Under the pieces are notes generated by a model. It was not told the DNA's origin and did not search any database. It saw nothing but the letters and a program-made list of their open reading frames with translations. Positions 46,487 to 56,333 of a DNA stretch of 64,000 nt are shown here, piece by piece (position 1 is the first letter of the stretch; every line of letters begins with the position of its first letter). The stretch is from the NCBI GenBank assembly GCA_041650735.1, contig JBAZKP010000001.1, positions 35,076-99,075 on the forward strand. Reading direction: 5' to 3'. Both the position numbers and the translations under genes were made by a program. Source of the stretch: an archaeon (GTDB lineage: Archaea > Iainarchaeota > Iainarchaeia > Iainarchaeales > JAAZKV01).

Positions 46487-46506
46487 GTTTGAATTTTGTT
46501 TCAAAC
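46487..46506 (+). terminator. Short hairpin directly after the HIT gene
   Basis: 7-bp stem GTTTGAA/TTCAAAC, loop TTTTGT, starting 5 nt after the stop. Confidence 0.3.
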
Positions 46507-46729
46507 AAAGCCATGAACAGTTTGTTTTCCAAACACTGAAAGTATTAATGCTTCCTGCATATAATATAGTAAGAAGAAAAAAAATTGGCTTAAACAAGCC
46601 AAACCCAACACTTTTTCTTTAACTAGCCTGCGTGAGCAAGGAAATAAACAATATACAACAAAGGCGGCATAAAACCTAAAGAAGGTTTTAAAGCTATTAA
46701 TTCAAGAATTATCTATTATTGGTGTTGGA

Positions 46730-48847
46730 ATGGAATTAAACCTAGAAGAAATCGAAAAGACAGAAGGCTCGCCCTTTGTTGAAAGATTTGAAGAATTCTT
46801 TAACATTGAATACAAAAAGCATATTGAAAGAATAATTGAGTCTTACCCTGAAGAAAGATCAATTGTTGTGGATTTCAAAATGCTCGAAAAATTTGACCCA
46901 ATACTTGCTGATGAACTCCTTGACACCCCTGATTCGGTTTTAGAGGCAGCACAAACCGCAATACAAAACATTCATATACCAACTCTAACAACAGAAGCAT
47001 TCAAACCCCATGTAAGATTTACTAATCTCCCAAAGGACAGGGAAGTCGATGTAAAAAGCCTAAGCTCAAAACACTTAGGAAAAATGATTTCAATAGAAGG
47101 ATTAGTAAGACAAATAACTGATGCTTTACCAAAAATTACTCTTGCCGTATGGAAATGCAGGAAATGCGGAAACATTTACAAAATCCCACAAGAAAAACAA
47201 CAATTACGTCCCCCAAATATGTGTGAGTGTCATAGTAGAGAATTTTCTCTCGAAGAAGACAAAAGCGCTTTTATTGATTACCAAAAAATCCAGATACAAG
47301 AAACATTGGAAAAACTAAAAGGAAATGAACAAGCAACATACGTTGATGTTTATGTAAGCGATGACTTGGTAAACAAAGTTGCGGCAGGAGATAAAACAAA
47401 TTTTGTAGGAGTACTAAGATTAATTCCACCGCAAAAAGACAAAAAAACTGTTTACGGAAGATTCCTTGAAGTAAATTTTTTGGAAGAAACAGCAAAAGAA
47501 TTCTCTGAAGTAGATATAACAAAAGAAGAGGAAGATGAAATAAAAAAATTATCAAAAAACCCACAAATATATGACATGCTAGCACAAAGTATTGCACCAG
47601 CAATATATGGTCATGATGTGGTAAAATTAAGCATTGCTTTGGAACTCTTTGGAGGAGTAACAAAACATTTGCCCAATGCACAAAAAATAAGAGGAAACAT
47701 TCACATTTTATTAATTGGAGATCCTGGTTGTGGTAAATCACAATTATTACAAGCAACAAATAATATTGCGCCAAAAAGTATTTACATTTCAGGCAAAACT
47801 ACATCTGGAGTAGGATTAACAGCAAGCGCAGTTAAGGATGAATTCGGGGAAGGAGGTTGGACACTAAAAGCAGGAGCACTAGTACTAAGCTCTGGTGGAG
47901 TATGCATGGCAGATGAATTAGACAAAATGGATCCAGAAGATAGAAGTGCTTTACACGAAGCAATGGAACAAGGAATGATATCAGTTGCAAAAGCAGGAAT
48001 AGTTTCAAGATTCAAAGCAGATACCTCACTACTCGCAGCAGCTAACCCAAAATACTCAAGATTTGATAAATTCACTCCATTTTTGGAACAAATAGATTTA
48101 CCTCCATCACTAATCTCCAGATTTGATTTATTCTTCATGATAAGAGATGTATTAGATAGAACACAAGACCAAAAAATATCAGAACACATACTTAAGACTC
48201 ATCAAAGTGGGGAAAAAATAATGCAATCAAACCAAAAAGGGGTTGCACTAAAAAAAGAGGAAAAAGAAGAAATAGATTTGAGAACAAAACCAGTTATTGA
48301 AAGAGAATTATTTAGTAAATATGTTTCGTTTGCAAGACAAAAATGTTTTCCAGTACTAAGTGAAGAAGCAATGACAGCAATCTCGGAATTCTATGTAGGA
48401 TTAAGAGACCAAGGAAGACAACAAGGGGCTTATGCAGCAACAGCAAGACAATTAGAAGGATTAGTAAGATTAGCAGAAGCAAGCGCAAGAGTAAGACTAA
48501 GCGATAATGTTGAAAAAGAAGATACTGAAAGAGCAATAAGATTAGTAAAAAAATCACTTGAAGAAACAGTTACGGATCCAGATACAGGAAGAATAGATAT
48601 TGATATTGTAACAAGCGGAGTAACACAAGCAAAACAAACCGCACTAACAACAGTACTAAGACTTATAAAAGAAGAAATGGCAACAGGAATAGATATGGTG
48701 CCAATAGAACAAGTAGTGTTAAAAGGAATAGAAAAAGGAATAGATGAACAAAAAATAAACTCTGCACTTGATGAACTTGAAAAAAAAGGAGAAATATACA
48801 AGCCAAGACACCACTTTGTAAAACCAACAACACACAAAGACCTGTAA
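46730..48847 (+). CDS. mcm: MCM replicative helicase
   Basis: Zinc finger 'CRKCGN..CEC', Walker A 'LLIGDPGCGKSQ', Walker B 'CMADELDKM', arginine finger 'SRFDLFF', C-terminal wHTH. Confidence 0.95.
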   Translation: MELNLEEIEKTEGSPFVERFEEFFNIEYKKHIERIIESYPEERSIVVDFKMLEKFDPILADELLDTPDSVLEAAQTAIQNIHIPTLTTEAFKPHVRFTNLPKDREVDVKSLSSKHLGKMISIEGLVRQITDALPKITLAVWKCRKCGNIYKIPQEKQQLRPPNMCECHSREFSLEEDKSAFIDYQKIQIQETLEKLKGNEQATYVDVYVSDDLVNKVAAGDKTNFVGVLRLIPPQKDKKTVYGRFLEVNFLEETAKEFSEVDITKEEEDEIKKLSKNPQIYDMLAQSIAPAIYGHDVVKLSIALELFGGVTKHLPNAQKIRGNIHILLIGDPGCGKSQLLQATNNIAPKSIYISGKTTSGVGLTASAVKDEFGEGGWTLKAGALVLSSGGVCMADELDKMDPEDRSALHEAMEQGMISVAKAGIVSRFKADTSLLAAANPKYSRFDKFTPFLEQIDLPPSLISRFDLFFMIRDVLDRTQDQKISEHILKTHQSGEKIMQSNQKGVALKKEEKEEIDLRTKPVIERELFSKYVSFARQKCFPVLSEEAMTAISEFYVGLRDQGRQQGAYAATARQLEGLVRLAEASARVRLSDNVEKEDTERAIRLVKKSLEETVTDPDTGRIDIDIVTSGVTQAKQTALTTVLRLIKEEMATGIDMVPIEQVVLKGIEKGIDEQKINSALDELEKKGEIYKPRHHFVKPTTHKDL

Positions 48848-48898
48848 CCAAGACAGTTTCTTTTAAATAATAAAACACCCAAAACTATTAGGGATTAA

Positions 48899-49759
48899 AT
48901 GCAAAAAAAACTCAAATCAGCAAAAAAAAAGCCTGATTATTCAAGCTGGATGAACACAGAAATCTTTGTTCTATTAGCAATAGTATTCATTTCAGTACAA
49001 ACATTCGGATTGTACGTTGCAAAACAATTATTCCTCCTCGGATTACAACAACCACCATTTACTGAAGATATTAATGATATTGCAAATTCATTTTACTTAT
49101 TTGGAGCAATAATTTTAATGACAGTATTCATACTAATACTGCTTAAACTCAGAAAAACAAAAAAACTTTTATGGCTCATAGAAGGACTAGCGGTTTTCTC
49201 CACCTCAATAATATTTTTTACAGCTTTCTTCCCAACAAATGACATAATAGTTCTTGTACTAACCGCAATAATTATTATATGGAGATACACTCACAGAGAA
49301 AATGTTTTGTTTAGGGATTTTGTAAGTTTGATTGCAATTGTGGGCGCAGGCGCATTCATAGGAATATCTTTAGGATTAATACCAATACTTGCATTCATAA
49401 TAATCCTAGCTATTTATGACATCATTGCTGTATTTTATACAAAACACATGGTTGAAATAGGAAGACAAGCTACAAGCAACAACTTTGCTTTCACAGTTGC
49501 ATTTCCAACAAAAAAACATACCTTTGAATTAGGAAACGGAGATTTAGTAATCCCTTTATGCGTGGCATCAAGTATACTAATTAACGGGCCATTCAATAAC
49601 AACGGATTAGTTGCAGGGCTATGCCTTGGAGCAAGCTTCATTGGATTAATGACAAGCATTTACACTGTGTCAGTGAAAAAAATTCCATTGCCTGCGCTTC
49701 CACCACAAACACTATTAATGATAATAGTGATAATCAGCGGATTATTACTAGGGTTATAA
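48899..49759 (+). CDS. Presenilin/signal-peptide-peptidase homologue (A22 intramembrane aspartyl protease, PSH)
   Basis: 'LAIYDIIAVF' (YD), 'LGNGDLVIP' (GxGD), 'LPALPP' (PAL), nine-TM-like topology. Confidence 0.75.
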   Translation: MQKKLKSAKKKPDYSSWMNTEIFVLLAIVFISVQTFGLYVAKQLFLLGLQQPPFTEDINDIANSFYLFGAIILMTVFILILLKLRKTKKLLWLIEGLAVFSTSIIFFTAFFPTNDIIVLVLTAIIIIWRYTHRENVLFRDFVSLIAIVGAGAFIGISLGLIPILAFIIILAIYDIIAVFYTKHMVEIGRQATSNNFAFTVAFPTKKHTFELGNGDLVIPLCVASSILINGPFNNNGLVAGLCLGASFIGLMTSIYTVSVKKIPLPALPPQTLLMIIVIISGLLLGL

Positions 49760-49771
49760 ATAAAATATTTT

Positions 49772-50302
49772 TCAACCCCCAAAAAAACTCATTACCCAAC
49801 TAATTCCAAAGTAACCCGCATAAGCAATCAAAGAATACCTCGGGATTTTTCCTATTGCACAACCAAGCATAAATAAATGAATAGGAAACTTTACGATTCC
49901 AGCAGCAACCCCTGCTAAATCAAAAGGTAAAGGAAGGAAAGCAAAAATAATCAATGCAATAAATCCTTCTTTCTCCAATTTCTTCGCATACCCAGAAATT
50001 TTTTCAGCCTGCTCTTTTTTTAATTTCTTTAAAATATGCCTTCCGCCCCTCCCACAAAAATATCCTGAAAGCTCCCCAATACCTGCTCCTGCTCCCGCAG
50101 CTACCCCAAAAACCAGTGGAGAAAAAATACCTAAACCAAAAACATCTACTGGCCCAGAAGCAAACAATGCAAGTTCAAGAACTGGAAAAGGAAGAAAAAC
50201 AGTAGCATTAGTAATAATTGATAAAAAAAATACTCCAATAGGGCCAGCAATGGCTAATTGGGAAAAAAGCGAGTTAATATCCATGCAAAAATAATAATAC
50301 AA
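49772..50302 (-). CDS. DedA/VTT-domain membrane protein
   Basis: 'SGYFCGRGG', 'LPLPFDLAGVAAG', 'IGKIPRY'. The start may be the internal ATG at 50284. Confidence 0.55.
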   Translation of the reverse strand: MYYYFCMDINSLFSQLAIAGPIGVFFLSIITNATVFLPFPVLELALFASGPVDVFGLGIFSPLVFGVAAGAGAGIGELSGYFCGRGGRHILKKLKKEQAEKISGYAKKLEKEGFIALIIFAFLPLPFDLAGVAAGIVKFPIHLFMLGCAIGKIPRYSLIAYAGYFGISWVMSFFGG

Positions 50303-50386
50303 AACAAATAATAAACAAATTCAAAGCAAAAAAATTCATTTAATGAGCTTTATATAAGTTTTGCTGGAACCAATATTTAGAGAAGC

Positions 50387-50794
50387 ATGGCTAATTACGA
50401 AGACTTATTGGTAAAGGCTTATCATAGCATACCTCAAAGAGCATTACAGCACGAAAGATTTGATATCCCTCGGGCAGAATCATTCATCCAAGGAAAAATA
50501 ACCACTCTCAAAGGGTTTAATATCCTAATCAAAGATATGCGAAGAGATAAGAAACATTTTTTGAAATGGCTGACAAAAGAAACAGCCCTACCAATAACAG
50601 AAGGAAACAATCAATTAACGATAAACGGAAAAATAGGGGCAATACAATTAAACAAATTAATCGAAGCATACTTTAACCAATTTGTGCTTTGCCCTGAATG
50701 CAAAAAACCTGATACAAAAGTAATAACTGAAAACGGAACAAAAGTACTTAAGTGTGAAGCATGCGGAGCAATAAAACCAGTTGCAGGGCTCTAA
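50387..50794 (+). CDS. eif2b: Translation initiation factor 2 beta subunit
   Basis: 'YEDLLVKAY', 'ITTLKGFNILIKDMRRDKKHFLKWLTKE', zinc ribbon 'CPECKKPDT..CEACG'. Confidence 0.88.
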   Translation: MANYEDLLVKAYHSIPQRALQHERFDIPRAESFIQGKITTLKGFNILIKDMRRDKKHFLKWLTKETALPITEGNNQLTINGKIGAIQLNKLIEAYFNQFVLCPECKKPDTKVITENGTKVLKCEACGAIKPVAGL

Positions 50795-50828
50795 AGTAAA
50801 ACTTGTTTTATAAATAAAGTGAATAACC

Positions 50829-51119
50829 TTGATTGCAAAAAAACACGAAATTGAGTACAAAACAATCCTTGCAGTATGCGACAAAGAACATATTGGAAAA
50901 ACATTTGAAGATGGCCCAATTTGTTTCACCGCCTCCACTAAATTTTACAGCGGAGAAAATATTACTGAAGAACAACTTGAAAAAATGCTTCAAGAAGCTG
51001 ACTCAATAAATTTATTTGGAAACAAATGCGTTGATATAGCAATAAAAAAAGGATTTGCAAGCGAAAAAAGCGTTAAAATAATTGCGGGAATAAAGCACAC
51101 CCAAATATATCGAGTGTAA
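50829..51119 (+). CDS. DUF424-family protein
   Basis: 'ILAVCDKEHIGKTFEDG..FYSGENITEEQL'. The position after aIF2beta is conserved. Apparent TTG start. Confidence 0.55.
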   Translation: MIAKKHEIEYKTILAVCDKEHIGKTFEDGPICFTASTKFYSGENITEEQLEKMLQEADSINLFGNKCVDIAIKKGFASEKSVKIIAGIKHTQIYRV

Positions 51120-51220
51120 ATTCACGACCAGGGACAGGTTTTAATACCCTACCAGTATAATTGATATTTATTCGGTGAGAAGAAATAGCTAACTTTAATT
51201 CGCAAAAAAGAAAAAACCAA

Positions 51221-51565
51221 ATGAAATACAAAAAAAACTTTGGACAACCACAACAAGCAACAGTAGCACAAGAAGCTGGTTACACAAGAATGCGACTCCC
51301 AAACCCTGAAGAATTAGAACAATTTGCGGTAGTAACACAACTCATGGGAACAAACCAAGTAAAAGCACTATGCGAAGATGGCCAAGAAAAACAATTCAGG
51401 ATACCAGGAAAATTAATTAAAAAAGTGTGGATAAGAGAACACGATGTTATTATTGTAAGATTATGGGATTTCCAGCCAAGCAAAGGGGATGTTGTATGGC
51501 GTTACCTTGGAAACCAAGTAGAATGGTTGAAAAGAAACGGAAAACTAGGTAAATTACCATTTTAA
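51221..51565 (+). CDS. eif1a: Translation initiation factor 1A
   Basis: 'ALCEDGQEKQFRIPGKLIKKVWIREHDVIIV..KGDVVWRY'. Confidence 0.9.
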   Translation: MKYKKNFGQPQQATVAQEAGYTRMRLPNPEELEQFAVVTQLMGTNQVKALCEDGQEKQFRIPGKLIKKVWIREHDVIIVRLWDFQPSKGDVVWRYLGNQVEWLKRNGKLGKLPF

Positions 51566-51606
51566 AACTCAAAACAAATAAAAAAACATGTTAACAACTA
51601 ATTCTT

Positions 51607-52497
51607 ATGAATACAAAAGAAAGACCTGACGAAAATTCTTCACAAGACAGAATAGTCAAAGAAGAGAGACTCATTAAGGATGAGAATACAAGAAGCATAT
51701 TCAATAAAGTATTTGACAAAGCTACTCTAACAGCGGTACATGAACTCTCAAGAAAAAAATTCTTTGAAGAACTAGAATTCGTCATCTCAACAGGAAAAGA
51801 AGCGCATGTATTCAGATGCAAATCAGGCGAAAATTATTATGCCCTAAAAATATTCAAAGTAGATACCTCGGATTTTCGGCACATGAATGACTATATTATA
51901 GGAGATGAAAGGTTCAAGGAAATACACAAAGACAAATTAGGAATGGTAAAACTGTGGACAAAAAAAGAATTCCGCAACCTGGAAGATTTTACAAAAGCAA
52001 AAATAAGGGTTCCATTGCCAATAGCATGGAACAGAAATTGTTTACTAATGGAATTCATAGGAAAAAACGGGGAAGCTTCCTTAAGAATAAAAGACAAACC
52101 ATTTGCAGAACCGGAAAAACAATACAAATTGCTATGCGAATACATGGCGAAATTAATTAATGCCAGATTAGTACACTCTGATTTAAGTGAATACAATATT
52201 CTGAACCACGAAGAAGAAATGGTGATAATAGATGTCGGGCAGGCAGTAAGCACAATGCACCCAAACGCAAAAATATTTTTTGAACGGGATATACTAAACG
52301 TAAGCAAATGGTTTGCAAAACAAGGAATACAAACTGATTATGAAAAAATGCATTCGGATGTAAAAACAATTGCGGATAAAATGAAACAAAGCCATAATAT
52401 AATAATTGAAAAGAAAAAAACTGAAAAAACAAAAAGAAGAATCAAACGCAAAAACGAAGCAAGAAAAACAGAAAAAGATAGATTTAAAACTTTTTAA
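51607..52497 (+). CDS. rio1: RIO-type serine kinase (Rio1) with basic tail
   Basis: 'ISTGKEAHVF', 'ALKIFK', 'LVHSDLSEYNIL', 'IIDVGQAV'. Confidence 0.88.
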   Translation: MNTKERPDENSSQDRIVKEERLIKDENTRSIFNKVFDKATLTAVHELSRKKFFEELEFVISTGKEAHVFRCKSGENYYALKIFKVDTSDFRHMNDYIIGDERFKEIHKDKLGMVKLWTKKEFRNLEDFTKAKIRVPLPIAWNRNCLLMEFIGKNGEASLRIKDKPFAEPEKQYKLLCEYMAKLINARLVHSDLSEYNILNHEEEMVIIDVGQAVSTMHPNAKIFFERDILNVSKWFAKQGIQTDYEKMHSDVKTIADKMKQSHNIIIEKKKTEKTKRRIKRKNEARKTEKDRFKTF

Positions 52498-52522
52498 TTA
52501 CAAACGGTTATTGGTGTTAAAC

Positions 52523-52720
52523 ATGGAAGAAAGAATTGTTTGGAGAAGAAGGTTAAGTATAGGGTGGCTGATGATATCCTTGATGGTTCTCGCATGGGGA
52601 GTAATCTGGCTAGGCAATGATTTAAAATTGTGGGACATAAACTTTCCGCTGATCCCAGTAATAGTTGTAATCATAGGATTATCAATGCTGATAAACCAAA
52701 TACTAGCGGTATTTTATTAG
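52523..52720 (+). CDS. 65-aa two-TM protein, unknown function
   Basis: ATG preceded by GGTG. Two hydrophobic helices. The longer track ORF from 52406 overlaps rio1. Confidence 0.4.
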   Translation: MEERIVWRRRLSIGWLMISLMVLAWGVIWLGNDLKLWDINFPLIPVIVVIIGLSMLINQILAVFY

Positions 52721-52757
52721 CACGCTAATTATTAATTAATAAGCAAGAGTTGGTTTG

Positions 52758-53276
52758 ATGGAAGAAATTGTGCGCATACCTGAAGAAAGAATAGGAGTAC
52801 TAATAGGACCTAATGGGATTACTAAGAAAAAAATCCATAAACACACAAAGGTAAATATAGAAGTGGATTCCGCAAGCGGGGAAGTAACTATTGAAGGGGA
52901 AGGAGAAAAATTTTTCCAAGCAGTTGATATCACAAAAGCAATTGCAAGAGGATTCTCCCCTGAAAGAGCATTTACCTTACTCAAAGATGATTACTTACTA
53001 AAAATAATTGACATAACTGAATTTGCAGGAAAGAACGCCTCAACTCAAAAAGCAAAAAGAGGAAGAGTAATAGGAAAAGAAGGGCTTGCTAGAAAAGAAA
53101 TAGAGAAAAAAACCCATTGCTTAATATCAGTACACGGAAAAACAGTTGCAATTATAGGGTTAGCAGGGGAAATACAAAGCGCAGTAGAAGCAGTTGAAAT
53201 GCTTTTAATGGGAGCGAAACACGAAACCATGGAAAACTTCCTTGAAGGCGGAAGAAAAAACAGATTTGAGCTCTAA
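52758..53276 (+). CDS. Double KH-domain RNA-binding protein (Dim2/Pno1-like)
   Basis: 'IPEERIGVLIGPNGITKKKI' and 'RVIGKEGLARKEIE' GxxG loops. Conserved partner of aIF1A-Rio1. Confidence 0.75.
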   Translation: MEEIVRIPEERIGVLIGPNGITKKKIHKHTKVNIEVDSASGEVTIEGEGEKFFQAVDITKAIARGFSPERAFTLLKDDYLLKIIDITEFAGKNASTQKAKRGRVIGKEGLARKEIEKKTHCLISVHGKTVAIIGLAGEIQSAVEAVEMLLMGAKHETMENFLEGGRKNRFEL

Positions 53277-53421
53277 TAAAACCCTTCATTTTGCCTTTTT
53301 AAAGCCCACAATAAAATGGCTCATTTAGCCGTTTTTCAGCGGAAAATCCATAGATGGGGATTATAAATCTTTTGGGTTTTTTTATTAGCAGAAGAACTTG
53401 TTTTTATTACTGGTGAGTTAA

Positions 53422-55137
53422 TTGGCTGAAGAAAAAAAGGGACGAAAAAATGGGGATGAAGAGTCAGAAATAATAGTAAAAGCGGCTACTAATCTTGAAA
53501 AAGAATTCAAAGAGCATAGTGTTGCGGAATTCTTCAAGAAAAACAAACAAATGCTTGGATTATATGGAAAAGTAAGAACCCTTACCATGGTTGTACATGA
53601 GTATGTAACAAACTCTTTGGATGCATGCGAAGAAACAGGCATATTGCCAAATATTGATGTTAAATTAGATGAACTAGGAGAAGAATATTATGAGATAACT
53701 GTTACTGATAATGGACCAGGAGTTTCAAAAGAAAACGTTGGAAAAGCATTCGGAAAACTATTGGCAGGAACAAAATTCCACAGAATGATGCAATCAAGAG
53801 GACAACAGGGAATAGGGGCATCAGGATGCACCATGCTGGGACAAATGACAACCGGAAAACCCTCAAAAATAATTTCAGGAAAAGAAGGGCAAAAACCATT
53901 CGCCTTAGAAATGGTTATTGATCCAAAAAACAATGAACCAAAAATATCAAATTATAAGGAACTTGAAAAAACTTTTAGAGGAACATCAGTACAAGCAAAA
54001 TTCAAAGGAGTTCTTTACAGGGACTCAGACCAAGGACCATTAGAATACTTAAAAAGAACAGCAATTGCTAACCCGCACGCACAACTAAGTTTCAGAGACC
54101 CAATGGGGCAAAAATTTGTTTTCAAGCGAACACACAACACATTGCCTGAAAGACCAGAAGAAATCAAACCCCACCCAAAAGGAACAACTGTTGATGATGT
54201 TTTATCCTACTGCAAAACAACAAAAGGAAGAACTGTTTCAACATTTTTAACAAATGATTTTGACAGAATGGGGGCAAAAGGAATTGAGGAAATAAAGAAA
54301 AAAGTACACTTTGATATGAACAAAGACCCTAAAACTTTGACTTGGGAAGAAGCAGAAGAAATAGTGAAAGCATTCAAATCAATTGATTTCATTGCACCAA
54401 GCACTGATGCATTAAGGCCAATAGGAGAAGAACAAATAAACAAATCCCTGCAAAGCATAGTACAACCAGAATTCTTAACCGTACTTACAAGAAAACCATC
54501 AGTATACGCAGGAGGATATCCTTTCCAAGTAGAAATAGCAATTGCTTATGGCGGAAGTGCAGGAAGAAAAACAGGGGAACAAACACAAATGGAAATAATG
54601 AGATTTGCTAACAGAGTACCATTGTTGTTTGATGCAGGAAACTGTGCACTAACAAAAGCAGTGCAGACAATTGAATGGAAAAGATATGACATAAAGGACC
54701 CAGAAAATTCACCAGTAACAGTATTCATTAACTTTATTTCAGTACACATACCATACACAGGAGCAGGAAAACAGGCAATAGCTGATGAAGAAGAAGTACT
54801 AGAAGAAATAAGATTAGCATTAATGCAAACAGGAAGAAAAGCAGGAATATATATCTCACACAAAAGAAGAGAAGCTGAAAATCAGCAAAAAAGATTAATG
54901 TTCTACAAATACATACCAGAAATATGCAAAGCGATAAGTACAATAACAAAAGTAAGCGAGGATACACTAAAGAAAAACATGGAAAAAATGGTTCTCACAA
55001 AATTAAAATTAGAGGAACAACAAGATGCAAAACAAAGAGCAGAAACAGAAAAAGTTTTAGCAGCAGATGAAAACAGTTTTATAGTAGAACAAAAACCAGA
55101 AAAGAAAAAAGAGGAAACTGGAAAGGGAAAGAAATAA
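53422..55137 (+). CDS. top6B: DNA topoisomerase VI subunit B
   Basis: Bergerat-fold boxes 'VHEYVTNSLDACEE', 'VTDNGPGV', 'SRGQQGIGASG'. The TTG at 53422 lies 5 nt after GGTGAG. An alternative ATG is at 53450. Confidence 0.92.
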   Translation: MAEEKKGRKNGDEESEIIVKAATNLEKEFKEHSVAEFFKKNKQMLGLYGKVRTLTMVVHEYVTNSLDACEETGILPNIDVKLDELGEEYYEITVTDNGPGVSKENVGKAFGKLLAGTKFHRMMQSRGQQGIGASGCTMLGQMTTGKPSKIISGKEGQKPFALEMVIDPKNNEPKISNYKELEKTFRGTSVQAKFKGVLYRDSDQGPLEYLKRTAIANPHAQLSFRDPMGQKFVFKRTHNTLPERPEEIKPHPKGTTVDDVLSYCKTTKGRTVSTFLTNDFDRMGAKGIEEIKKKVHFDMNKDPKTLTWEEAEEIVKAFKSIDFIAPSTDALRPIGEEQINKSLQSIVQPEFLTVLTRKPSVYAGGYPFQVEIAIAYGGSAGRKTGEQTQMEIMRFANRVPLLFDAGNCALTKAVQTIEWKRYDIKDPENSPVTVFINFISVHIPYTGAGKQAIADEEEVLEEIRLALMQTGRKAGIYISHKRREAENQQKRLMFYKYIPEICKAISTITKVSEDTLKKNMEKMVLTKLKLEEQQDAKQRAETEKVLAADENSFIVEQKPEKKKEETGKGKK

Positions 55138-55193
55138 AAAAAGTGAATGAAAAAACAAATTAAATATAAAAATTATTTTTAACGGTGAAGAAA

Positions 55194-56333
55194 ATGAGTG
55201 AAAAAGAAGGAAAAAGAAAATCAAAAACAGTTGAAAAGGTTTCTCCTAAAGAAATTGCGGACAGAATAAAAAAAACAGCTGACAGCATAGCCACACAAAT
55301 AAACAAACAAGAAGACCCTGAATTTATTACCATGCAAAGAGGAAAAAGCAATGTTGTATGGGATGAAAAAAAAGGATACTTAGGGTTAGGAGAAAAAGAA
55401 ATTACAAGAACATTTTTGAACATAGCACACGCGAGAAAATTCATGCAAACATCAATGATAATGGCAAAAACAAGGGAATATTTAGAGCACAACAAAACAG
55501 CTTCTATTCGTGAAATTTATTACGAATTAAAGCACACAGTTGCGGATACAAAAGAAAACACTTTTGAAGGACAGGATGAATCTGACCCAATAATAGTTGA
55601 TTTAGAACATAGTGTTGACACAATCAGGGAAAAATTAAACCTACACGCAAACCCAAAAGGAACACTATATGGGGATATTACATTGCTTGACAGGATGCAT
55701 CACAATGATAAATTCAATGCAGCAAAACTAGGAAGAGGCGGCTGGAGTATAATGTCAAGAGTAGAACCGGAAGAAATTGAAATTGTTGACTCAAACGCGG
55801 AATACCTGCTTGTTTGCGAAACAGAAGCGATTTTTGAAAGACTAATTGAAGAAGGATACCCAAAAGCAAACAAATGCATACTAATAGGAACAGGAGGACA
55901 AGCAGCAAGAGGAGCAAGAAGATTAATTCACAGAGTTCACAACGAACTTGATTTACCGACAATAGTATTCACAGATGGGGACCCATACGGATGGTATATT
56001 TACTCAGTAATAAAACAAGGCTCAATGGCGCTAGCAGCACACTCAGAATTTATGTCCGTACCTGACGCAAAATATGTAGGAATGACAATTGATGATGTAA
56101 AAGAATACAAACTAGAAGCAGTAACAGAAAGAATGAGTGAAGGAGATATAAAAAGAGCAAAAGAAATGATGGCTTATCCATGGTTCCAAAATAAGGAATG
56201 GCAAAGCCAATTACAAAAAGCGCTTGACCAAAAAATCAGAATAGAACAACAAGCACTAGCAAACAAAAGACTTGATTTTGTTGCAACAAAATACTTACCT
56301 GAAAAAATAAAAAACAAAATATTCTTACCTTAA
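55194..56333 (+). CDS. top6A: DNA topoisomerase VI subunit A (Spo11 homologue)
   Basis: 'IREIYYELK' catalytic Tyr region, Toprim 'LLVCETEAIFERL' and 'FTDGDPYGWYI'. ATG follows GGTGA. Confidence 0.93.
   Translation: MSEKEGKRKSKTVEKVSPKEIADRIKKTADSIATQINKQEDPEFITMQRGKSNVVWDEKKGYLGLGEKEITRTFLNIAHARKFMQTSMIMAKTREYLEHNKTASIREIYYELKHTVADTKENTFEGQDESDPIIVDLEHSVDTIREKLNLHANPKGTLYGDITLLDRMHHNDKFNAAKLGRGGWSIMSRVEPEEIEIVDSNAEYLLVCETEAIFERLIEEGYPKANKCILIGTGGQAARGARRLIHRVHNELDLPTIVFTDGDPYGWYIYSVIKQGSMALAAHSEFMSVPDAKYVGMTIDDVKEYKLEAVTERMSEGDIKRAKEMMAYPWFQNKEWQSQLQKALDQKIRIEQQALANKRLDFVATKYLPEKIKNKIFLP

Noticed and set aside
46483-46729. The spacer upstream of mcm as a replication origin
   Set aside because: There are no repeated ORB or mini-ORB-like boxes, no adjacent orc1/cdc6, and no extended AT-only unwinding stretch distinct from background.
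47271-48882. Several long minus-strand ORFs (47271-47774, 47782-48189, 48312-48557, 48430-48882, 48663-48878)
   Set aside because: All lie antisense inside mcm. The L/F/S-rich sequences arise because the A-rich sense strand has few complementary stop codons.
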